NCBI GenBank assembly: GCA_964247055.1
Contig: OZ176055.1
Location: forward strand, 7,812,001 to 7,876,000
Source of the DNA: Paragordius varius
Taxonomy: Eukaryota > Animalia > Nematomorpha
Length of the DNA stretch: 64,000 nt
Direction: 5' to 3'
In this document: positions 1 to 10,907 of the stretch, piece after piece
Layout of the letters: the number at the start of each line of letters is the position of its first letter
How positions within the stretch are numbered: position 1 is the first letter of the stretch
The notes under the pieces: model-generated
What the model was told of the DNA's origin: nothing
What the model saw: only the letters and a program-made list of their open reading frames with translations
The model's database searches: none
Made by a program: the position numbers and the translations under genes

Positions 1-3000
1 ATCTCTTCGTGATGGCGATTGACATTTTTGTTAGGGATTGAATATTTGTCCCCTGAAGACATTTGTTCCGAATCAGATTTTTCGAAATTCGGTTCACGTG
101 TTAGGCTTTTGAGAAAACTTTTGCTTTTATCTGATTCGGTACATGCTAAAAGTAGATTTTGTTTGGAGCTTGTCAACTGAAATACGAAATATTACATATA
201 TGAGTTATAAATTATTAAGAATAATTAGACTAAATTAGAAAACAAAATATTACATTCTTAAAAAAATGTTCAATTTTATAGAAAGGTTTCCGTTGTTTCT
301 TTTTCCTTGCTTCCAAAATACTCATTTTAAGTTCCTCATTTTCTTTGCTTAATAATTCAACTTCCAAATTTAAGGCATCCAGTTTATCTTGGAGCAACAC
401 TTGACAATCTTTAAGCTTGGCCTTGTTCTATATCAAAATGAATATTATACAATAACAATACCTCGTACTAGCATAAAGTATAAAGAATGCATTTTGATTT
501 TCTTATTGTCCTTGTGCAAGGCTAAAAATAAATCCCATTAAATTATTCATCGAATGGGGATTGACTTTTAAACTAACTGTATAATTAATTACCAGGATCA
601 GGATATTTTCCATGTCATTACGATAAACCATGCGTTCACATTCTAACGTTTGCAACATTTGTTGTTTATCTTGAGCATGTAAGTCACTCGCTTCCAATAG
701 TTGACGTTTCAAATTTTTAATTGTTTCATGATGCTGAATCACGGCTTTTTTGAGCTCTGCCCGTTCCAAGTTCCAAGATTCTTCGATTTTAGCCTTTCTA
801 TCGCGCCATTTCATACGTTCAACCGCATTCGACCGTTGAGACAGAGCAATTTCCTCCCGGTAGCCCTGTAGTTTGCTCTCCATCTAAAGGGAAAATGCAA
901 ATTACAGCTGGATTTTTTTAAATAATAATAAATTTATATACGGATCTCTGCTGAAATTTATAATACGATCCCACAAAAATTATATTAATCTTGTATTATA
1001 TGATAAGTTATTTTTAAGTTTTTTAAAAGTGTGTTCAGATACACTGAGGGGGAGTTTTTAATACAAAATTCGCGGGTGTAACACCGTATAAAAAAATAAA
1101 CCTATAAATGTGTCAACAAATGGATTTTTTTGATGAGCAAATATTTCATGTTAATGATGTATTCAGAACTTAATTGAGGGTCTAGTCTAGTAAGACAAAT
1201 ATTATAAACTAATAAGGGCCAATCTTTAATATATTGCCTGTATTGCTTAAAATTATTGGGTATTTAGTAATGAGGGAACATAAATATTACAACACCAATT
1301 TGAAAATCGTTTTTATAAAAATCCTATTTACAATAAATTTATAATTTATAAATGACAGGCATTTGATATATTATGTATTTTATCACCATCATATAAATAT
1401 AATGACAGCAAACTTGTGAAATAATTGATTTTAAGCGTTCGATTTCGCTCATTAGCTTAGTTCTGTTTTCATCAGTGATCACTTTTTCTTGAGCATTAGT
1501 GGCACGGAGTTCCATAGTAAGTTTTTCAAATTCTTGGCATTTTTGCCGATATTTAGCTGTAAGGGTTTGTTGATGAATCAATTGTTTTTGATACTCACTT
1601 GTATCTTTGCCTAAGGACGCTTCAGATAAATGTATGTTTGATAAAATTGGATAACTTTTCCATTTTGATTGTAAGATGTTTTGTTCCATGATGGAATTGT
1701 CATTGATCTGTTTATTGTTTTTAAAGATAACAGTTCTTAAATGTTTGTTTAACGTTTCTCTCTCGTGTCTTAAATGGTTATTATCAGTTTCTAAATCTTC
1801 TATTTTTGAATACAATTCTTTGATTTCGGTAAACGCTAAATTTCTCTGATTGCTCCACTCCTCTTGATCCTTTTTGTGCTCTTTAGTCATCCGTTCGAAT
1901 TTGCTTTGTGCAGATTTCAATAGTATTGATATCTAATGCAGAGACAATATTTATATAATTAAAATATATTTAACGCATTTTTTGAAAATTTTTATAACAT
2001 AAAATAATTTTACTTGATTAATTTTGCTGAAGAGATCGGTGGCTTGGTTACGATACTCTGTACATGAGGATTTTAGGTTACAAATCTCGTCTTGTAACCG
2101 TTCTTGGACTTCATTGAGATGCGCTTCTCGAATCTTCATATTTTCCTCAAGTTTGGCCTATATTTTTCAAACATTTAAGTTTTTTGCCTTCTAGGCGCAT
2201 GTTTGTATAAATCGCATTGTATCATAAATGAATTGTATAAATTTCTAATTAAACAGTTTTTCTGTATCCACCTCAAAATTTTATGGAAAGTCTTTTGTAT
2301 TCAAGTTTTTAATTAGCGTCACTATTTTTGCGAAGGTAAGGCGTTAGATTCTTACTCTACTTCACCATGTACCACCTCCGATTTGACACTATACTCTTTC
2401 GCAAAATGTTTTTAAATTAAGTTTGGACGCAAACGTACGTTTATTATGAAATTATTATCTCCAAATTTAGCATACAGTCAAAATTATGCAGAGTTGATCC
2501 TTTTTTAGTTTTTTAGCTCTTTTTGTAAGTAAGACCTTTGTAATTTTTAAGCAAACTCTAATTTATAACTACAAATTAAACTTCAACTGTTTTTAAAATT
2601 TTTTATATAAGTTATATAATATTTATTTGACATATTAAAAAACGTTTTGAAAAAATTATACTGCAAAATCGGGGCACAATCGTTTTTTTAAATATTTATA
2701 TAAAATATTGCCACATCATCATAAATATTTTAATCAAAACTTAGAAAATATTAATAAAAAAAACAAAATTTGCTTTGTCACGATTTTTTCGCACTAATTT
2801 TTATACAAATGTCGGCCAACAATAGTTTACGAAATATATATATATATATATATATTTAAAATTTATTTTTTAACATTTTTTATGTGAATCCCCGTGTTCC
2901 GCACCACAAAGGTTCGACTGACTGCTGAAAATATTAATCGCGCAATCGTGTCTTTTTGCATAATTATGAGAATGAGATTATATTAACAAGTTTTCGCTGT

Positions 3001-6000
3001 TAAATTGGAAGCCCATTTAAACACCATCCGATAAAAATAAGCATTTAGATTCTAAACTATTTTTACTGTAAACTATCAAAATTTGTCCTAAATATTTTAG
3101 GACATTCAAATTATTTTATATTATGTGAGCCAAATTTGTAATCTTTTATTATTTTAATTTTTTAATCTAGTATCCCAAAATAAATTATCTACACCTAATA
3201 ATAAAATAATTTATGCTTCTCTTTTAAAATTATATGCGTCATGAATAAGAAATTAAGATATTGAAATACTTTAGTGTTACTCCATTCTGACTCTTGATCG
3301 GATAGTTTGCGGGCTAATTGTTCATTCATAACTTTTAAATCTTTAAGATATTTTTCCAAATTGTCCCGCTCTGATATTATGTCTTCAACTTGTTTTTTGA
3401 TTTTTTTCAATGACTCCAACTAATTGCAACAAATATATTTAATTTAAAGATCATGATATAATAATGAAATTTCGCTAAAACAAAAATTATAAAATCACCA
3501 TACTTCAATATAAGACTAGAAAAGAAACGGCAAAAAAATGTTAACCTCTGCGAATGATCATCTTTTAACTGGCTTCCCAATCAAAAGCAACATTTTTTCA
3601 AGCAAACGCAACGTTTCAAGCAACGACTGAAAAAATATTGCGTTTGCTTGAAAAAAATGTTGCGTTTGCTTGAATATAGAATGCGTTTTCTTGATAAAAT
3701 GTTTTTCTCTTTGAAAAAATGTTGCTTTTCTTGAAAAATTGTTGCGTTTGGTTAAAAAATGTTGCGTTTGCTTGAAAATGTGTTCCTTTTGACTGAAAAA
3801 TGGTATATATATCTTTGGCAAAATATCCTAAAGCTTAGTTTTTTGCATGTTTCACATGGAATGGAAAATATATAAAAATGATTTTCACATTAAATAAAAT
3901 ATTAAGTAATAGGTATTTTAAAATACAGATCGATTTAGTATTATTTCACATTTGATTAATTGGATCGACATAAAGTTATTTTATTTAATAACCATTATAT
4001 TATCAAATATATAACATATTTGCGGTATTCCAAATATGGGAAAATGGGTCTAATTTTTTTGCTAGAAAAACTAAAGGCACCATACTAAAGTGTGAACTAA
4101 ATGAAATATGGATAGTGTCGTATTGTTTTTTTAAGCAAATCTTAAAATTCTGTTATAATATACCTCTTTTAGGCTATCATCATGTTGGTTTTGTAAAGAT
4201 TGATATTTTGTCTGAATTTGACAATATTCATTTTTAACACTTTGCAATTGTTTCTCCGTTTGGAATAGCTTATAAATTAACTCATGATTCTAGCACAAAA
4301 ATATATATTAAAAAAATGGGGACGACGCTTTTGGTTTTGGGTCCTAAGCAAAAAAGGCGGTTAAAATGATGCTTTGTGGGGAAAATGTTTGTGGTTTCAG
4401 CTCCATATATAATTTTATATATTTAAATTTTGATTAGAAAGCTCATAAAAGCGGTTAGAACATAAACAATTAATAAAATTTAATATTTGTGAATTTATTT
4501 TTTAAATTTAATAATAGTATATAAACAGTTTTCACAATAAAGTTGTTGAAAGTTAAAAAAAACTTTAAGCTGGTTTGGGTTCCAGTTTCCAAGTAAAAAT
4601 TAAAATTTAAAAACTAACTTTTCTGCCAGCCAAAGTTGGATCAAGGCTTTCGTCCGAACTCAAAGAGCTTGCACTATTGCTATTTGCTTGGGACAAAGGA
4701 AATTCACATTTATTACTATTATTAGCAGTAAGTTTGCCATTAATGGTATTTATTAATTTTTCAGCAACACTTAGAGTAGTACTCCGTGGTTTATCTCTAC
4801 TTTCATTGGTTAATTCTCTAATTTCCGGTCGTTTTTTAAAGCTTACACTTTTGTTGACATAATCTTTTGATTTTACCATATCAGAATCAGATATATTATC
4901 CTTGTTATTTGCATAATTGGGGTTAGTATTATCATATTCGATATTATTCAGCATTGAGTTTTCCCAATCATTACAACCATTCATTGCTGATACCTCTTTA
5001 GCGTTCCCATTTAATTTAGATTTTTGGTGCCTGCTGTTTTTACCATATCCGTTCAATGTTTTAATCACCGGTTCTCCCCCTTGTCCAATGTTAGACAAGT
5101 GATTTTGCAAGCTTTCATTTTCGTTTTCTAGTTCCAGGATTCGACTTCTTAGAAGCATTTCTTTTTGTTGGCATTCGTAAAGTGTTCGATCAATTTCGTG
5201 TTCGGCAGTTTTAATTTTTTCTAACAAAACCTCTTGCGAATTGTTTTTGTCGGTTAAAGGGCTTGTTGTAACCATCGTAATTTTATTATCAATATTGTTG
5301 ATATCGGAATCTAAAAATGTTAGAAAAATATTTTATATTTAGTTTGCATATATGATGTTTGTTTTTAACCAAGGGATACCTCGTTATACTTTTTAGATGT
5401 ATTCCCGTGCCTCTGATAATTTAAACAAATGCATTGCGTAAATTTTGGCTTAAACTTCATTAATTAAAAAATTTATAGTTTGTATGGCTCAAATAGAATT
5501 TATTTCATAATATTATTACCTTAAATTATTAGGTGTGTTGATAAATTTAATATGCCATATTTCAGCAAAACCTCAAAAAAGTATTTTATAATTTAATATA
5601 TATGTAACTACATTGGGTCATTAACTAATACGTGCCTAAGAAATACACAAAAAATAAGTTAAATCTTATTTCATATTTTAAAAAAATACTGATGATCATC
5701 CAGGTTTTCATTTTAGTTTTTTGCATTTATTTCTTTTATTTGGCTTTTAATTCCCATTTTTCTCTGATTCTGACATCCATTATTTAAAAAATCTCACAAA
5801 CATACAAACGGTACCCAAAATTTGACAACAAAAAAATATTCAAATTAATTTAGAAGTTTAGATTAAGAACCGAAAAGATTATACATAAGGACAAAAATGC
5901 ATAGACTACACCATTTACAATTCAAATTCACCCTTGAACAATTCAAATTTACTCTAAAATTTAATCAAGTGTTTTCGGGCTAATATAACTTATCTTTAAA

Positions 6001-8215
6001 ATGAAATATATTTTTACTACATATTTTATTTTTTTCAGCATTATATTAATTTTAAACAGAATGTCATATTTTGAAATATTAAAAAAATAAAGGAAATTTT
6101 TAATCTTAAAGGGTGAATTTGAATTGTTCAATGGTGAATTTGAACTGTAATTGGTATATTTTATTAATTTCTCTCCTTACTAAACTTTGGATCTATAAAA
6201 CCTTTTAATCTGATTCGAAAAAACAAATCCCCTTTAAATACAATTTATAACATATTTATTAAAGTTACTGCTTTTACAATATAATTGAATAACTTGGATG
6301 GATGTCCTTTATTTTGGGAAGATTAAAACTAACATATAAAATGTCAAAATACCTGATAAAAATGTTTTATTGCCTTGATTATCGATCGATTCAAGAGGTG
6401 TATTTTTAGAAATATTTACGCTTTCCGTGTTTATAAGCGTTGACGTTTCTGATAAAAAATTGGATAATTGATAATTGTTTTCAGTTTCATGCCCAATAAA
6501 ATTATTATTTATATTTGAGAGTTCTTCGTTCTGTAATTTTTTTTCGATATCTTCATTATCCGTAGATATGTAGGAGTCAGTTAAAAATGAATTAACCCGA
6601 TTGGAATTTAAAATTTTATAAGATAGGACTGGATTTTGTGTTTGATAATTGATATTTGTTTGTGAAGGGTGGGCCTTATATGAAACTGAATAAATCGGCG
6701 GTGTAATATCATTTGTTAATGAAGAATCGGAAATTAAATTATCATTATTTTTATAAATATATAGATTATCATGCCTAAGTGTTTTAACTTGCAAAATTGG
6801 TTTTCGATTACCATTATCTTTTGCTACATGGATGATGGATTCAATTTCATAACGAGGAGAATTGGTGGTTAACGCATCCACAATATAATCGTTTTCGCAT
6901 ACATCTGATTTCGCTTTCGTATTTTTATAAACGAAATTGTAAAAATATCCACTATTATTTTGTTTAATTTCACTAGCAGTATTTGTGTTTAGATTTTTAC
7001 TACATTGATTTAAATTGCTCGTTTCATCTTTTTTAATCCCTTGGAAGGAAAAACTGCTATTGTTGGTTTGAGAAGGGAGAAGATGTACATTGATTATTTT
7101 TTCATTAACTTCAATATTATTATGCTTATCCTTATTATTGTTGTGGTTTTTAGTATAATAATGTAATTCTTTAGATTTATTAATGATATTTTTATCACCG
7201 CTCCAGTTATCATTGGTATCGTTATCTGAAAACTCTGAGCTTGTTACAGAATCGGTTAATTGCGCTATTTTTCTGCAATTTTTGATAGTTTTTTCGCTTT
7301 CACTATCCGAGTCTGCAGAGGAATCCTGGTTATTTGTGTGCTCTTTTTTAGTTTCTTTATTTGGAAAATCTTTTGATAATATATTTTTCGGATCAACTAT
7401 ATTATCGCTAATCGTATTTTCACATAACGATGTAATTGATTTTTTTCTATCAAAATTATCTGTGTTGTTGAGGCCTGTTGGGATTTTCATTTGAAATACA
7501 AATTTTTTGATTGAATCCTGTTTTTTTATTTTTCCAACATCATTATTTCTCACCGTTTTAGTTAATAAATCATCAAATTTTTTGTTTTCTACTTGGCTAG
7601 CTGTTGGTGTTACCTTCAAAATATTATATAATATAAGTAAAAAAATATTTGATAAATTTCTAATTTAAAATTCTTTCTTGCACATCTAAGTAATTATATA
7701 TTTATTCATATATAAAGGTGAAATAATTTTTATGTTTCGTTTTCTTATGTGTGAAAAGTATCAATTTGATTGATTATCCGTTTTTTAAGTTAAAACTTAA
7801 CAACTGCGATTTTCCTTGGTATAATACAGACTTATATCCACTTTTTGTAAAATAACAATAAAAGCGGTAAATTAAAAATTAAAGTAACTCATCAATTGAA
7901 AAATATTGTGCTTATAATATGATCCATTATTTTTGTATATAAATATTTATTGTTAGAGACACGAAATATGAATATTGGGTTAAAAAATGTGACAACGATT
8001 ATTTGTATTTTTTTGTATTAACCGCATCATTATATTTGGACAAAAAATCAATAATTTGTTAAATCATTTAAAAAATTTAATTTATATCATTTCAAATGAG
8101 TTACCTCGATTTCGTTTGAAAGTTTAGAATAAATATTGGTTGGTCTGGAGAAATCTGATTGTTTTTCAATTGTTTGGGGGTCTTTGGGAATGTAATCATT
8201 GCCTGACTCATCCAT
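1..8215 (-). CDS. Large multi-exon protein: low-complexity N/S/K-rich N-terminal half plus long coiled coil; 3' end lies beyond the window edge
   Basis: Putative ATG at 8215 (MDESGNDY..., exon 8105-8215) splices in phase 0 to the 6309-7619 ORF. ORFs 4607-5275, 3195-3419, 1951-2139, 1339-1920, 503-883 and exons near 250-427 and 1-177 are co-oriented, have GT-AG-compatible ends, and the later ones are E/K/L/Q heptad-rich. Family not recognised; several internal junctions unresolved. Confidence 0.7.
2834..2855. repeat. (AT)n microsatellite
   Basis: Perfect AT dinucleotide run in an intron. Confidence 0.95.
3582..3800. repeat. About 21-bp minisatellite (AAAAAATGTTGCGTTTGCTTG-like) with an inverted copy at its left end
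   Basis: Direct degenerate copies at about 3627-3790; inverted units (CAAAAGCAACATTTTTTCAAGCAAACGCAAC) at 3582-3620. Confidence 0.8.
5909..6156. mobile_element. MITE family B (21-bp subterminal unit AATTCAAATTCACCCTTGAAC)
   Basis: Starts TA|CACCATTTACAATTCAAATTCACCC, ends GGTGAATTTGAACTGTAATTGGTA|TA; internal sequence shared with copies at 28.2, 50.0 and 62.3 kb. Confidence 0.85.
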
Positions 8216-8659
8216 AGAAAGATTTTATTTTTAAATATAAATTTTTTTCTATAAATTCTTAAACCCAACTAACATAATTTTGAATAATAATAAAACATTC
8301 ATAATTTAATATAAAATATTTTCATTTCAACAAAAGCCTATTTATTTATATTATTTGAGGTGGTAAATTAAAACCATATTTTGCAAAAATATGTATAAGG
8401 AGAGTGAGTACAAACCATGTTTATAAACTGTTACTTTCTGCAAAAGTTAAAAACATGTATATTTTTTAATCCATCTAACTAGCAAATATTTATTGAAAGT
8501 TATACAACGTGTTCCATTTTTTTTATAGTTTCATAGTTATAACTCAAAGCTGTTTATTTTTCATATAACTGAAAGAGCAACACCTAAAAGAACCTAAAAA
8601 AATTGAAATCCTGTTGTAATGTGTCTGTAAGAGTATTTTAGGCTATACCACCATATATA

Positions 8660-8886
8660 CAGTCGTGTATCCTTTATTTTATCAAAAATTTATTTTATTT
8701 TGTTAAATGGGTATAAATATGGTAAAGAATGGAAAAAACAAGAGCTCTATGGTATTAACAATATCATATTCAAAAAAGTACAAGAATTACCATAGAGCTC
8801 TTGTTTTTTTCCATTCTTTACCAAATATTTATACCCATTTAACGAAAAAAAAATAAATTTTTGATAAAATAAAGGATACATGACTG
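8660..8886. mobile_element. Palindromic MITE family C (Tc1/mariner-type ends, TA TSD)
   Basis: TA|CAGTCGTGTATCC ... GGATACATGACTG|TA; arms of about 95 bp around a short spacer; second copy at 57210-57429. Confidence 0.9.
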
Positions 8887-10279
8887 TATTTTTATAGATG
8901 AATGGTTTTTAGTAGAGGTTTTTGATTATTTTAACGCTATTTATTGCATTTAATAAATACAGTCAACATCAAGAAGCATAATAGCTTGTTTTTGTCAATA
9001 AAGCAAATTCCAACTTGTGGCCTGTCAAGAACCATGTTTCTACTAAATTAAATGAAAACTTTTATAACTCATATATGGGTTTTGCGATTTATAATTATTT
9101 TTCGAAAACAAGCGCTAATAGTCAAAATGGGATAAAAAATTTAATGTCCCCTATTATTATATTAATGAGAATTTTTTTTATTTTTAATAAGTTAGATATC
9201 CAGTCATATAACGCTGTAACGAAACATTAATCACTTTAACATATGATTTTAATTTATAATTCACAAATCATATAGTTGATAATATTGGGAAAATTGGCCG
9301 TCACACATCTATCTTGTACTTTAAAAAAATATTTACACGAATATCATTCTATTTTAATTTTGATCAGTAGTCCACAGTATATCAGGCAAATGATTTAAAA
9401 CCTATACTTACTAAAAATTATGAATACAACAAATAAATATTAAGATGATTGCTATAATATATTAAATCAAATATATTTGGGTAATTAAATTGATCAGTTT
9501 ATATAGGATACATATGTTGTAACCATAAAAAAACAGATACACTTAACGAAACGTAGACATTCATTTTTATTTTGGATTAACATTATTTAAATATATATAT
9601 TATTTTGGTAAGCTGTGGCAGAAATAAATTTAAAATGTTGATTTTATAATTAAAATCTGTCACATACACTGGCACAAAATCAGATAAAAAAATTCTGATG
9701 AAATATTTATATTCTGAAAGACAAATGTATTAAAATCTGGATAATGCTTTTGGTTTAAGACCTCGAGACTCATTTAAGAATGTTTACAATTTTGTGTTGA
9801 TCCATCCATATCGAAAAATTACGGTATTTGTGAAACGCGTACAATATGCTAAATAATACTTTTTAGGGAAGGCTAAATGCTTCATTCAAACAAAAAAATT
9901 AATCATGTATCATAAACTATATTTATAAAATTTTACTTTTATATGTGGGCCTCGAAAGTCTCATATTTTTTGCCCTCAAAATGGCTTGTATACTTAAACA
10001 ACAAATGATGAGATTTTGATATAAATTTTTATATATGGTAGATTTATCAAAAAAATTATGAAAAGATGCTTAATTTAATAGAAAATATTTTCACAAATTT
10101 TGACATGACGTTTTTTATTGTATTTTGGAGATTGCAAAAATAAGTAATTAAAAAAACACCTTAATATTTCAAGGATGCTGAACATTTCTATTGCCTCAGA
10201 ATTTTAATTTAACAAGTTTGCTTTATTTTGGTAAATTTTTGTAAAAAAAACACAAGTTTCATTTCTGAGACGAACGAAT

Positions 10280-10430
10280 GTTTTAATCAAATTTCTGAGG
10301 TGATAGAAATGTCAGCACCATCGAATTATATAGAAAAAGTTTTTATACCGTTTCCAGAATGCCTCAAAATTGTATGATAGGCTTTATTAAAATTTTGCAA
10401 ACATTTAATTTTCGAAAAAAGTATGCATAT
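10280..10430. repeat. Dispersed repeat fragment, probably an old DNA-transposon derivative
   Basis: Similar in direct orientation to 60478-60625 (TTTAATCAAA.TTCTGAG...TTTATACCGTTTC..ATGCC). Confidence 0.5.
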
Positions 10431-10907
10431 TTTTAAAAATATTGATTACAAAATTTAGAATTTAACATAGATATTTTTGCGTTTTTCACAATACCAGCTC
10501 ATATTAAACGAATCCAAAAATTTGAGATCACTTTAGGGGCTAACATCTTGAAATTATGTTTTAGATAAATATTGCTTGCTTTGATTTAGTTTGTATTATA
10601 TTTAGTGATATTTTTTGTGATGAGCATTAATTTTTCACCAAATTATATTTTTCGTCGTTTTCTGATGTGCTCGAATTTTTGATTTCGCACAATAGTGTAA
10701 TAATAAAATGCAGTATTTCTTTTTTATGTATTTTATCGTATTTATTTTTGGATTAAGTTTTCGCCAATAAAATTTTGTTAAACATAATGAGGGCAGATAT
10801 TGCCATTTTACAACAAAAGTGGAATAATTTTACTTTATCACTGGTAAGAGGACAAACCAAAAGCTTTATTATAATCCTGATATGTGATCCTATCAAAACA
10901 TATATAT

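Noticed and set aside
3558-3821. 87-aa ORF
   Set aside because: It is the translation of the 21-bp minisatellite.
9270-9900. Possible decayed transposase upstream of the Chapaev-like element
   Set aside because: Only short frames with no convincing catalytic motif or termini.
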